From the NCBI RefSeq assembly GCF_963921235.1, contig NC_086099.1, forward strand, positions 45,632,001 through 45,696,000: a stretch of DNA of 64,000 bases, given 5' to 3'. The position numbers and the translations under genes were made by a program. This document shows, in pieces, positions 23,821 through 36,328 of the stretch. Position 1 is the stretch's first letter; the number at the start of each line of letters is the position of its first letter. The notes under the pieces are model-generated. The model was not told where the DNA came from. It ran no database searches and saw nothing but the letters and a program-made list of their open reading frames with translations. The DNA is from Mobula hypostoma. Taxonomy: Eukaryota.

Positions 23821-26165
23821 ACCATAAGACATAGAAGCAGAATTAGGTCATCTGACCCATCGAGTCTGCTCTACCATTCAATCATGGCTGATCCTTTTTT
23901 TTTATCTCCTCAACCCCAGTTCCCAGCCTTCTCCCCATAACCTTTGATGCCATGTCCAGTCAACAACCTAAATACACCCAATGACCTGGCCTCCACAGCT
24001 GCATGTGGCAATAAATCCCACAAATTCACCACCCTTTGGCTAAAGAAATTACTCTGCATCTCTGATTTGAAAGGGCACCCCTCTATCCTGAGGCTGTGCC
24101 CTCTTGTCCTAGACCAGGGGTCGGCAATTTTTTTGCCTCTGTGGGCCGGATCGCATATTAATGAGTGGACGGTGGACCAGATAAATGCCATAAAAAAACT
24201 TGAAATATGGCAATTATCCATTTAAATACATCTAGTTATGTTTTGCCTCAAATTAGTGAATAACACATGCTCGAAAATCATTTGTGCTTAACCAAGGATG
24301 CCAATTAGTAATCAAAGAACTCAGTTTAGTTGCAATTTATTTCAATCAAGGCATCTTTTGAATCTATTAAAAGGACACAAAGAATCTTTAAACATGTATG
24401 AACATGATGCATTGAATGGTGGTAAATTAAGTATAATTTTTTTAATGCAAACAGTTGATAAATCAACGTGAAACTTGATGCTGTTCGTTGCTTGAAAGCT
24501 TCTCAGTATTGGGTGTCAGACTTGTTGATGCCAAGAGCAAGACATTATCCAGATGGGCATCAGCCAGTCTTGTTCTCAAAGGGTTCTTGGTGTGCTTCAG
24601 TTTTGAAAATAATTGCTCACACAGATAAGTGCTGCCAAACAATGATGCCATCTTTTTTGCATGGTCCACTAAGTTAGGACACTTCCCACTTGGATGAATA
24701 TATTTTCTATAGAAGTCAAGCACTGAGACATCTTCAGAATAAAATTTCGATCTCGATACGTCATCACACTGCATCTCAATCAATTCCATTTGAAAAATTT
24801 CTGATGCGGTGTCCACTTCCACATCAAATGGAGTAGCAAACAGCTTGAACTCATTTGCATGCAAATGAAAATCAGCAAAACAAAATGAAAACTCTTTTCT
24901 CAATTCTTGGACCATATTCACAAAAATGCCTGGATCTTGTGCTTTACTTTTTTGAAAAGTGGGAAAAGGTGAACAATTTCCTTTTTGAAGCTGGTACTCC
25001 CACAATTGCAGCTTTCTTTCAAAGGCCGCAGTATCACCATACATCTCATGTATCAGCTGATTTTTTTCCTTGAAGTTGTAAATTCAAGTTATTTAAATGA
25101 GATGTAATGTCCACAAGAAATGCCAAGGCTGCAAGCCAATCAGGATCACGAAAATGTGAAACATCCTCATTTTTGCTTTCAAGGAATATTGCCACCTCTT
25201 CATGCAATGCAAATACTCTTTCCAGCATTGACCCTCGGCTAAGCCAGCGTACATTGCAGAAATTAGCCAGGTCCCCATATTCTGCCTCCGTATCCAACCT
25301 TCCTGCGTTTTGCATTCATTGCCATTGGATTTTTTTCTTCAATTTCAACAAGTATCATAGCACATGTAAATATCTGGATATTTAGCATGGATTTCTTGTT
25401 AAAACACAGTGATGCTGTTTCTGTTTACAAATTTAAATGATCCCATCTGAAAACCTGTGCGCGCACGGAGAGTATCTAATACATATTAATAAGGTAGTCT
25501 GCCTTCCCGTCATTTGTATATACCAGTGTTCGGTTTGGAACAAAACTGAACCTGGGGCCAGTGTAACAAGCCGCCATGCATGTCCATCAGTGTGGTCGTA
25601 TGAAACACTCAGAATAAGGAAAAATCGTTCGCGGGCCAGAAAAGCATAGTATCCCAATATTTGCTCGCGGGCCGGTCAAAATACCTTTGTGGGCCGGATC
25701 TGACTGGTGAGCCGTAGGTTGCCTACCCCTGTCTGAGACTCTCCCGCCATGGGAAACATCCTTTCCATATCTGCTCTGTCTAGGCCTTTCAATATTCGAA
25801 AGGTTTCAATGAGATCCCCCCCTCATCCTTGCGAATTCCAGTGAGTACAGACCCAGAGCCATCAAAACTTCCTCATATGATAACCCTTTCATTCCTGGAA
25901 ACCTCCTCTGGACCCTCTCCAAACCCAGCACATACTTTCTAAGATGACAGGCCCTAAACTGTTCACAATACTCAAAGTGAGGCCTCATCAATGCCTTATA
26001 AAGCCTCAGCATCACATCCTTGCTCTTGTATTCTAGACCTCTTGAAATGAATGCTAACATGGCATTTGCCTTCCTCACCATCGACTCAACCTGCAAGTTA
26101 ACCTTTAGGGTGTTCTGTACAAGGACTCCCAAGTCCCTCTGCATCTCAGATTCCTGGATTTTCTC
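23821..26165 (-). mobile_element. CR1 LINE 3' end split by a hAT insertion
   Basis: ORFs 25806-26144 (QRDLGVLV...KANAMLAFISRG...LERVQRRF) and 23910-24221 (SRTRGHSLRI...FFSQRVVNLW). Tail ...TATGTCTTATGGT at 23821. Confidence 0.9.
24115..25731 (-). mobile_element. Internally deleted hAT (Charlie/SPIN, GTF2IRD2-like) DNA transposon retaining the C-terminal half of the transposase
   Basis: TIRs CAGGGGTCGGCAA and CAGGGGTAGGCAA (12/13). 8-bp TSD TCCTAGAC/TCTGAGAC (6/8). Subterminal GGGCCG motifs. Frameshifted ORFs 25046-25315 (VRWLSRG, LAFLVDI, LNLQLQG) and 24463-25044 (FGSTYLCEQLFS). Confidence 0.92.
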
Positions 26166-26169
26166 CAGA

Positions 26170-27060
26170 AAGCTCAGCTTTTAAACAAGGTGAAGTACAT
26201 GAGGGGATGTGTTTTCACTTAACATCAATAAGACTAAGGTCCTCTTCTTGCCTGCTTCTGCTATACCATGCTGCCACCTATAGTAAAAGTCCACAATGAG
26301 ATTTGGGAAAATATGGACCACTTCCCATATTTCAGGAGCCACCCCTCAGTAAAGGCAGATATTGATGCTGGAATTCACCACCACCTCCAGTAAATACAGT
26401 AGCACATCCTTTGATTGACTGGGGAAAATATAATTGAAGATCAAGACCTCAGATTTGGCACTAAACTAATGTGCTATTGGGCAAAGTAATATCTACTCTT
26501 CTTTATAGTTCTGAGACCGGGGGCTGTATACGACATGCATTGAGAAAATCTCACCACATTTCTGCGAAATTCTCCAAATTCACTAGAAAGGTATGTGCCC
26601 TCTCCCAATCTAAAATTTTTAATTTTGAAGCCCTATTTATTTTTGATGGCTATGTGTCATTTGTGTGTCTGACACCAGACTCCAGAGGAAACATTTTATT
26701 CTGTGTGCTGCCATGGAAGGAGGTTTCCAAGCAAACACAGGAAAGAATTTGAAGCTTCAATGCTTCCTTGAGGAAATGCATCCTCCTCACCAATTCCTGA
26801 GAACCTCTGGAGCTGGAGAAAAAGAATGCTAGATGGTGTTGACAACCTCAAGGCCATCCACCAAGGGTGTGCAGAAGACCTGCAAAAATGTTGGAAGGTG
26901 CACAAAACCTTAGAAACTGCACAACGTTCATCCTGTTCCCCACCTTTCTTGCCTTAGCTCTGGAAGTATGTGCTGTTCCCACACTGGCCTCATTACCCAA
27001 AAAAACCAATGAGAACTAAGTCATCCTCAACCCTGAGGGACCGCTTAAGATAGAGAGATA
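26170..27060 (+). mobile_element. Degenerate RTE-clade LINE 3' part
   Basis: RT C-terminal remnants (CTTAACATCAATAAGACTAAGGTC = LNINKTKV; GACCACTTCCCATAT = DHFPY; LLYSSET). Confidence 0.6.
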
Positions 27061-27800
27061 GAGAGTGACAACACATGCCATTGATTGGACCAGGAATTTT
27101 GTAACATTCAGTCAGCAACAATCCATTGGAGGAACTCAGCGGGTTGAGCAGCATCTGTGGGAGAAAATGAATTGTGGACATTTCTGGTCAAAGACCCCCG
27201 TCAGGACCTGAAACATCAACCACTCCTTTCCCCTCAGAAATCCTGCACAATAGGTTGTGTGTTGCTCCAACTTTTGTAGTCTTTCGTTTCTCCACTGCTA
27301 TACTGTGTTTTACATACTTTTAATCTACTATGGAATAAAGCAGTTTATGGTCTAAATCTTCCTAAATCTTCCTAGTAACGTCCAAATTTGGAGGAACAGG
27401 AAAAGATACCGACACAAGGAAACTACGCAGGTCTCAAGGAGGGAAGTTCTTGCTCACGCTATATTATTGTCAGTAAAATAATAAGTATTTTACAATAAAA
27501 TGCAAGTATTGTAGATGCCAGAAGTTTAAATAGAGAAGCAGAGAACACTGGAAATATACAGCATCTCTGGAGAATGAAGTAAAGCTGATGCATGGATTGC
27601 GCTGGACCATTTAGAATTGTTGATTGTTGACAGACGTAGCTGCATGGTCTGAATGGTGACTGAGATACAGTCTGTTCAGTGCAGAGATAAAACTTCTGAA
27701 ATATCTTGGTATGAGTTAACACAAATCAAACCTGAGAAGCAACACACATAAAAGTTGCTGGTGAACGCAGCAGGCCAGGCAGCATCTCTAGGAAGAGGTG

Positions 27801-27838
27801 CAGTCGACGTTTCAGGCCGAGACCCTTCGTCAGGACTA
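27801..27838 (-). ncRNA. Minimal type-I hammerhead ribozyme (intact core)
   Basis: Exact reverse complement of 28990-29027. Confidence 0.8.
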
Positions 27839-28989
27839 ACTGAAGGAAGAGTGAGTAAGGGATTTGAAAGTTGGAGGGGGAGGGAGAGATGCAAAATGAT
27901 AGGAGAAGACAGGAGGGGGAGGGATGGAGCCAAGAGCTGGACAGGTGATAGGCAAAAGGGATACGAGAGGATCATGGGACAGGAGGTCCGGGAAGAAAGG
28001 CAAGGGGGGGGGACCCAGAGGATGGGCAAGGGGTATATTCAGAGGGACAGAGGGAGAAAAAGGAGAGTGAGAGAAAGAATGTGTGTATAAAAATAAGTAA
28101 CAGATGGGGTACAAGGAGGAGGTGGGGCATTAGCGGAAGTTAGAGAGGTCGATGTTCATGCCATCAGGTTGGAGGCTACCCAGACGGAATATAAGGTGTT
28201 GTTCCTCCAACCTGAGTGTGGCTTCATCTTTACAGTAGAGGAGGCCGTGGATAGACATGTCAGAATGGGAATGGGATGTGGAATTAAAATGTGTGGCCAC
28301 TGGGAGATCCTGCTTTCTCTGGCGGACAGAGCGTAGGTGTTCAGCAAAGCGGTCTCCCAGTCTGCGTCGGGTCTCCCCAATATATAAAAGGCCACATCGG
28401 GAGCACCGGACGCCGTATATCACCCCAGTCGACTCACAGGTGAAGTGTTGCCTCACCTGGAAGGACTGTTTGGGGCCCTGAATGGTGGTAAGGGAGGAAG
28501 TGTAAGGGCATGTGTAGCACTTGTTCCGCTTGTGGCCACACATTTTAATTCCACATCCCATTCCCATTCTGACATGTCTATCCACGGCCTCCTCTACTGT
28601 AAAGATGAAGCCACACTCAGGTTGGAGGAGCAACACCTTATATTCTGTCTGGGTAGCCTCCAACCTGATAGCATGAACATCGACTTCTCTAACTTCCGCT
28701 AATGCCCCACCTCCCTCTCGTACCCCATCTGTTATTTTTATACACACATTCTTTCTCTCACTCTTCTTTTTCTCCCTCTGTCCCTCTGAATATACCTCTT
28801 GCCCATCCTCTGGTTCCCCCCCCCCGTCTTTCTTCCCGGACCTCCTGTCCCATGATCCTCTCATATCCCCTTTTGCCTATCACCTGTCCAGCTCTTGGCT
28901 CCATCCCTCCCCCTCCTGTCTTCTCCTATCATTTTGGATCTCCCCCTCCCTCTCCAACTTTCAAATCCCTTACTCACTCTTCCTTCAGT

Positions 28990-29027
28990 TAGTCCTGACG
29001 AAGGGTCTCGGCCTGAAACGTCGACTG
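28990..29027 (+). ncRNA. Minimal type-I hammerhead ribozyme (intact core; predicted cleavage after 29022)
   Basis: Stem I UAGUC/GACUG, core CUGACGA, stem II AGG/CCU, GAAAC, GUC triplet. Stem III is reduced to the loopless palindrome ACGU. Confidence 0.85.
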
Positions 29028-29911
29028 CACCTCTTCCTACAGATGCTGCCTGGCCTGCTGCGTTCACCAGCAACTTTGATGTGTGTTGCTTGAATTTCCA
29101 GCATCTGCAGAATTCCTGTTGTTTGCGTTTTCAAACCTGAGAACATTGCTTTGCCTTCTGCTGAATATCGTTTAGTTCAAGATACTTCAAGCATCACTGA
29201 ATTTTAAAAATGATTGGAACTGAAGGAGAGTAAATAAAAAATTTAAAAATAAAGAAAGTTAATTTTAAAAATGTGAAAGGCATTAAAATAATTAAAATGC
29301 ATTAAGCTAAAGGAAAATTATGCTTTAAAAGATGTGATTTCCCTTCTGTCTGCAGTCCCAAAATACCAATTGATTCAAACAGTTTGGCACTTCTAACCTG
29401 GCATAAGATTCAGGTGGCAATTCCCACTGTAATGGTAAGAAACTCAGTAAGGCTTGGCACTGCTGATGTACTCTCTGGAGATTCTAAGGACTGAGCATTG
29501 TGACAGATACGAGTGAAAAACAGAAAAAGTTGGGAAAACTCCTCAGGGTAGACCACATTGGCAGAAAGAGAAACATCTAACATTTTCAGTCAAGAATACT
29601 TTATCAAACAATCTGCCAGAGGAACTTAATGGACTGAGCTGGGTCTGTGGGAGAAAAGGATCGAAACCTGCTTGAAGGCTCCAGGAAATAGCTTCTAGCT
29701 CGAGATTCAAGAACTTGCAGTCTTATGTGTCTCCAGTTATGAATCCCCTTGCCCACCACCATCAATATATTCATCACTAAACTCAGAAATCTTGATACAT
29801 CCACACAAGTCTAGGACTTACTTCAATTGGAAGGCTAAACCTTACTGGGATTCAGTCAAATATTTCATGTGGATAACCTTTCATTGGAATAGTTACAGCA
29901 TTGGATTTTTA

Positions 29912-30830
29912 CAAACAGGAGAAACTCTGCAGATGCTCGAACTCAAAGCAACACACACGAAATGCTAGAGGAACTCAGCAGGACAGGCAGCATCTACGGA
30001 AAAGAGTAAACAGTCAATGTTTCAGGCCAAGACCCTTCATCTGGACTAGAAAAGAAGATGAGAAGTCAGAGCAATAAGGTGGGACAAGGGGAGGAAGAAC
30101 TACAAGGTGGTAGGTGATAAGTGACACTGGGAGAAGAGGAGGGGTGAAATAAAGAGTTGGGAAGTTGATTGGTGAAAAAGATAAAGGGCTAGAGAAGGGG
30201 GAATCTGATAGGAGAGGACAGAAGACCATGGAAGCAAGGATAGGAGGAGGAGCACCAGGTGATGGGCAGGTAAGGAGATAAGGTGAGAGAGGGAAAGAGG
30301 AATAGGTGAAGAGGGGGCAATTACTGGAAGTTTGAGAAATCGATGTTCATACCATCAGGTTGGAGGCTACCCAGATGGAATATAAGGTGTTGCTCCTCTA
30401 ACCTGAGTGTGGCCTCATTGTAGCAGTAGAGGAGGCCATGGAATGACATGTTGGAATGAGAATGGGCAGCAGAATTGAAAAAGGTGGCCACTGGGAAATC
30501 CCACTTTTTCTGGTGGATGGAGTGTAGGTCCTTGGTGAAGCGGTCTCCCACTCAAGGTCGGTTCTCACTGATAAACAGGAGGCCACACTGGAAGCACTGG
30601 ATACAGTAGATGGCCCCAAATGACTCACATGTGAAGTATCGCCTCACCTGGAAAGACTGTTTGGGGCCCTGAGTGGTAGTGAGGAAGGAGGTGGAGGGGT
30701 AGGTGTGGCACTTGTTCCACTTACAAGGAAAAGTATCTGGAGGGAGATCAGTGGAGAGAGATGAAAGTACAAGGGAGTCATGTAGGGAGTGATCCCCGTG
30801 GAAAGCAGAAAGTGGGGGGGGGTGGAGGGG
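29912..30830 (-). mobile_element. Older-subfamily Penelope 3' fragment (GIY-YIG plus pseudo-LTR with decayed hammerhead at 30011-30048)
   Basis: ORFs 30552-30890 (PCKWNKCH, GAIYCIQCFQCGLLFISE) and 30321-30551 (RLEEQHLIFHLGSLQPDGMNIDFSNF). Confidence 0.88.
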
Positions 30831-31319
30831 GAGAGAAAAAGGTTTTGTTGCTGTGATAGCTGATCCAGGCAACTGGAATTCAAATTCCATTTAGAGAAGG
30901 CAGTCACGCTTTTCATAGGAGCAAGCCCAATTTATCAATCACCACAGTTTTTGCTGCTCTGTTGTTGTTCCTGGCTATGCTTCACATTGTTTCAATATTC
31001 TTCCTCCTTTTTCAAATGCCCATGTAACCTAATAATCTCCTTCAGCCCAATAACTCACCAAAATACCTACATTAATCAATACAAACTGAGCATAATTATG
31101 ACAACACTGAAAGATGCCATTTGGCCCATTTACATCATGCCAGAAGAAAGCTAAAGCTGTAGTGAAAGAAAGTGGGGAAAAATTACTGTAGTCTAAAGTT
31201 CAGCTGTTCTGTTTTCATAGAGTTATATCACAATACAAGATGGATACAGACTGAGTCCATACTGACTATGGTGCCCACCCAGCTAGTCCAAATTTCCTGC
31301 TTTTGGCCCACATCCCTCT

Positions 31320-31750
31320 TAGTAGAAGGCATGGAAGAAAGGAAAGGAGGTGGGGAACCAGAGGGAGGTGATGGGCAAGACAGAGGAAGAGAAGGAGTGA
31401 GAGGATAACCAGAATGGGAAATGGAGAAAGAGTTAAAGAGCGAAGGAGGAGAAATTGATGTTTGTGTCATCACCTGTTAGATTCCTTCTTCTTTAGCCAT
31501 TTACCTCTTCCACCTATTTCCTCCCAGCCTCTTACTTCCCTCCCCTCTCCCCCCCCCCCATCCTCCTTCTCCCTCATCTGGTCTCACCAGGTTGTATTCC
31601 TTCCCCTCCCCCCACCTTCTACTTCTGGCTGCTTCCCCTTTCTTTTCAAATCCTACTGAGGGGCTTTGGTCCAAAATGTTGGCTGTTTTCCTCTCCATAG
31701 ATGCTGCCTGACTTGCTGAATTCTTCCAGCATTTTTATTTTGTGTGTTGT
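31320..31750. mobile_element. Old Penelope pseudo-LTR pieces in inverted arrangement
   Basis: Purine-rich minus piece 31320-31460, then a sense pseudo-LTR ending in a decayed hammerhead and the GATGCTGCCTGA...CCAGCAT segment. Confidence 0.6.
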
Positions 31751-32099
31751 TACAAAATTCATTGGTCTGGCATGTGATAAAGGATATTAAAAGCACTGCA
31801 TGTCTGGTTGTAGTGAGATAAGGAACAATAGGTCTAGTCTAAGATATCTCTGAATGGCACCCAAGGTCTCAGGTAACTGAACTAACATTTATATGAAACG
31901 GAACATTAGGAGAATTCAGTGGGCAAAAGCAACATCTGTGGAGGCAAGAAGTGTAAGCCAATGCTTTGGGTTGAAACCTAGCAGCAGACTAAACTAGCTG
32001 TTATCATGGTAATAAGAAAGATATACAGGCCTAGTTTAAGATAATGAAGTACCTATATAGTGATCAGTGATCATGATCTAGTAACATGTTGTCATGACA

Positions 32100-32920
32100 G
32101 CAATCTTTCCTTCAATGTCAGCAGAACAAAAGAGTTGGTCATTGACTTCAGGAAGGATGCAATACATAACCTCCTGTTTACATCAACAGTGCTTAGGTCA
32201 AGAGGGTTGAATACTTCAAGTTACTAGGAGTGAACATCACCAATATCCAATTTTGGTCCAATGATGCAGACATCAAGACCAAGAAAGCTTACCAGTGCCT
32301 CAACTTCCTTGGGAGGCGAAAGAAATTTAGCAAGTCCCCTTTGACCCTCACCAATTGTTATTGATGTACCATAGAAAGCATCCTGGACGGGTGTATCACA
32401 GCTAGGTATGGCAATTGCTTGGCATGTGACTGCAGGAAAATGCAGCTAATTGTGGACACAGTTCAATGCATCACAGAAACCAGTATCCCATCCATAGACA
32501 CCGTCTACACTTTTCACTGCCTTAGTAAAGCTGCCAATGTAATTAAAGACCCCTCCTGTATATTCTCTCCCTCACTCCCCCCACCCCCATCAAGAAGAAG
32601 ATACAGAAGTCTGAAGGCACATACAACTAGGTTCAAGAACAGCCTCTACTCCGCTCTTATAAGACTACTGAATGCTTCCCAAGTACGATAAGATGGACTC
32701 CTGATCTCAAATGTACCTTGCAAAGTTCTGCACTTTATTGTCTGCCTGCAGTACAGTTTTTACAAAATAAGGATAACAACTTATTCTGCATTCTGTTATT
32801 GTTTTCCCTGGTACTACATCAATGTATTGTTGTAATGAAATGATCTGTATGGATGGCAGATAAAATAAAGTTTTTCCACTGTACCTCAGTACATGTGACA
32901 TTAATCAACCAAATTACCAA
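32100..32920 (+). mobile_element. Rex1/Babar-type LINE 3' portion
   Basis: RT remnants (TKELVIDFRK, FKLLGVNI) and TTRFKNSLYSALIRLLN in ORF 32419-32691. 3' tail TTTTTCCACTGTACCTCAGTACATGTGACA. Confidence 0.8.
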
Positions 32921-34220
32921 CTTACCTGATCAAACACATGTGAGGTGTGAAATACTTGTCAGAATTGTCAGCAGCAGTCAGGTTTATACTTCTGTATATT
33001 TGATTGGCTCAGTACCAGTAACAGAGATGCAAACACAGTAGGCATCCCAGTTTAAAATGGAGGTGGATGTACAATCCAGTGGCAAAGGGACAAAGATTGA
33101 GGAAATGTGACAAGACTTTTGATGTGATACAATGCCATTGGAAGAGAACAGAAGCAAGGGGAGGGAGATGGGTCTTGGATCCTAAATCTTGGAACAGAAT
33201 GTGATCTCAGGGCCAAAATAAATAAAACTCAGCCAGAAGGAACCATAAGTATGTGACTCAGAACAAAGACAAACCACAAGTCCAAGACTGATCACCAAGC
33301 ATCTTGATTGATAGTATACTTTGCACATTATGAGTGCATGTAATTTGTCTTTGCAAGTAAGAGTTTGAATACATTTAAATTTATCAGTAATTGTCAGAGG
33401 TGTGCCTTGAACATAAATGTGCTTAGGCACAACAAATTTTTGATTATTTTGCCACTTTTACATGCTTTCCAGAACCTCTGGCCTTCATATAAGGCATTCA
33501 ACATTAAAGATATTAAGCTTTGGAATTTTTTTCTCAAAACTGAATTTATCTTTCTGCCTTCAAGGCATCACTTAAACATGCCCTAATATCTCCCCTGTGC
33601 TTTAATGTCAAATGTGATTGAATAAAGCATGTTTAATACTTCTTTGAACATTAAGGATTTGAAATAAATGTGTTGATTATATGCACAGTCTTCCCACTTA
33701 AATTCTACATCATGGAAAATCAGAGGTTAAATGGTTAAACTTTTATTCATGGAAACAATCGTCTTTTGCAACATAAATAAGGTAACTGAAGTGATATGAA
33801 AAGAACACACTTAATACATATATGTTACATGAACACTTATGATTTGAGCATACAATTTATTGACTGTTATGAAAATGTTGCTAAATGAAAACTGCTTTTC
33901 ATAGGGGTAAAGAACAAGTACAGAAAAAATGTTTTGTTTCTAAATAGTAACTTTGAAGTGAACAACTGTAATTGTTTACATGAATGGACTACCTTCAAAT
34001 AGCTTGGAATATCAGATCCATTATGAAGTCCAAACTCTGCTCTGGATCTCTGACTTACAGAAATCCTGAGACCTCAATGATTTCAAATGGAATTATTGTG
34101 GGGGGGGCGGGAGGAGGGAAGCAAGTTTGCTGTTTAAAAATTCGTTTTGTTTAGTTTAATATTTTAAACTAAATGAATATATCTAATTCTCAGACATTGA
34201 AAATCTACAAATCATACTCA

Positions 34221-34402
34221 AAATGCTGAAGGACTCAGCAGGCCAGGCAGAATCTATGGAAAAGGGTACAAGAGATGTTTCAGGCCAAAACGCCGAAGGT
34301 ACTGTTTTACATAGATGTTGCCTGTCCTGCTGAGTTCCTCCAGCATTTTGTGTGCGTTGCTTGGATTTCCAGCATCTGCAGATTTTCTCTTGTTTGTGAT
34401 TG
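34221..34402. mobile_element. 182-bp inverted dimer of the Penelope pseudo-LTR 3' terminus
   Basis: 15-bp TSD TACAAATCATACTCA at 34206-34220 and 34403-34417. The arms meet within the hammerhead region (about 34290). Confidence 0.8.
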
Positions 34403-36328
34403 TACAAATCATACTCACTGCTTTTACAATTGACAACATTGGGTGAAGGTCTTTGCCAGTTGTCAAAGTTTTCATAGATTTTGAAGGGCAAGGTCACTTT
34501 ACTGCATTGCAAGAGGTCTTGCCACTGTCTAAACCACAATGGTGGGGCCTAAAACTAGGGTCGAGATTGTGCGCTGGATGAAAGTCATTGTCCATCTTTC
34601 TTTTTCAATCTTTTTATTAAGTTTCAAGATTAATAAACATAACAATAATAGTAATGATACATAGAGATCGGGATTACAATAGTAACAGTTAACATGTACA
34701 AGCGCAGATTCCAAGTAACAAATATAGTTTAACCTCCCAATCTCATAGTAACTGACCATGAGAAAGATATTTTATAAAGAGAGAAAAAAGAAACCCCCAA
34801 AACTAAAAAAACACAAGTAAACTGAAAAAAAGAAACAAAGCTTGGGCTGTCATATTACATCGGCTAAAATTATTATTTGTCGTTATCTCCGCTCCTCTAC
34901 ACCTGAACAAAAACTACTACAAGGGATTTTGAAAAGGTCAACTTACATCATATGAAAATATTGAATAAATGGCCTCCAAATTTCACCGAAGGATCCATAG
35001 TACCACTCCTAATTTTTTCCAAATTTAGGCATGCTGTCGTTTGGGAAAACCATTGCAATGTAGTGGGGGGATTAGAATCTTTCCATTTAAATAAAATGGA
35101 TCTTCTGGCTATTAACGTAACAAATGCAACTAGACGACAAGCTGACATAGATAAATGACTAGAGTCTATCATTGGTATTTCGAAAGTTACAGTAATAGGA
35201 TGAGGTTGAAAATCAATATGCAGAACTACTGAAATAATATCAAAAATATCTTTCCAATATTTTTCTAGAAGAGGACAAGACCAGAACACATGTGCCAAGG
35301 AAGCTACCTCAGAGTTACATCTATCACAAACAGGATTTATGTGGCAATAAAAACGAGCTAACTTATCCTTGGACATATGAGCTCTGTGAACCATCTTAAA
35401 CTGTATCAAGGCGTGTCTGGCACACATTGAGGAAGTATTGACTAATTGAAGAATTTTCTCCCATTTCTCTGCAGATAAAGATATTTGAAGTTCTCTTTCC
35501 CACTCATTCTTAATTTTATCAGATGTACCTAGATGTATTTTCGTAATCAGATCATAAATAATTGCTATTAAAGTCTTTCGATAGGGGTTTAAACCTAAAA
35601 TTTTTTCTGTAACTTCAATTTGATGCGATATCGGAAAGGTAGATAAAGTAGTGTTCAAAAAGTTTCTAATCTGTAAATATCTGAAAAAGTGTGATCTAGG
35701 CAAATTCTATTTATTAGACAACTGTTCAAAAGACATAAAACATTCACCCATGAATAAATCACAAAAACATGGTATTCCCTTTGTTTTCCATAGAAGAAAA
35801 GCTTGATCAATTCTAGATGGTTGAAAGAAAAAATTAGATATAACTTGACAGGATAAATTTGTTCAATCCAAAGTATTTACAAAATTGAAACCATATTCGT
35901 ATCGTATGTTTAATTATTCGATTTATCATTTGTTTATTCAAGTTAGTAAGTGGAAAGGGAGGCGCAGCTCCTAGAATAGAAGCCAGTGAAAATCCCTGTA
36001 CAGACTCCCACTCGAGGTTCATCCATCGTGGACATTGAGTTTCATCCAGTTCTTGTGTCCAAAATGTTAAATATCGAATGTTAATTGCCCAGTAGTAAAA
36101 TCTAATATTCGGCAAAGCCAAACCGCCTTCCTTTTTTGATTTCTGTAAATATTTCTTACTTAACCTGGGATATATGAAGAAATTTTAGAATCAATAATAT
36201 CAAAAAAAGATTTAGGGATAAAAATTGATACCGCCTGACATAGATACAGAAATTTAGGTAAAATAATCATCTTAATAGTATTAATTCGACCAATCAAAGA
36301 TAAGGACAATGGGGACCATTTAGTAAAT

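Larger units (their letters stand above)
27739..29130. mobile_element. Two-armed inverted Penelope (Neptune-type) insertion: minus arm 27739-28531 with GIY-YIG domain, plus arm 28532-29130
   Basis: 13-bp TSD TCAAACCTGAGAA at 27726-27738 and 29131-29143. Inverted arms of about 560 bp with a spacer of about 230 bp. GVIYGVRCSRCGLLYIGET...EHLRS...HFN motif in ORF 28130-28864. Confidence 0.93.

Noticed and set aside
27755-28090. Recurring MLVNAAGQAAS... and ...VSPDEGSRPETST... ORFs as a gene family
   Set aside because: These are alternative-frame or antisense translations of the pseudo-LTR. The conserved peptide is simply the hammerhead sequence.
27739-29130. DNA transposon with long TIRs
   Set aside because: Arm lengths, termini, junctions and TSD lengths (10-15 bp) vary between copies, and the arms are retroelement 3' ends.
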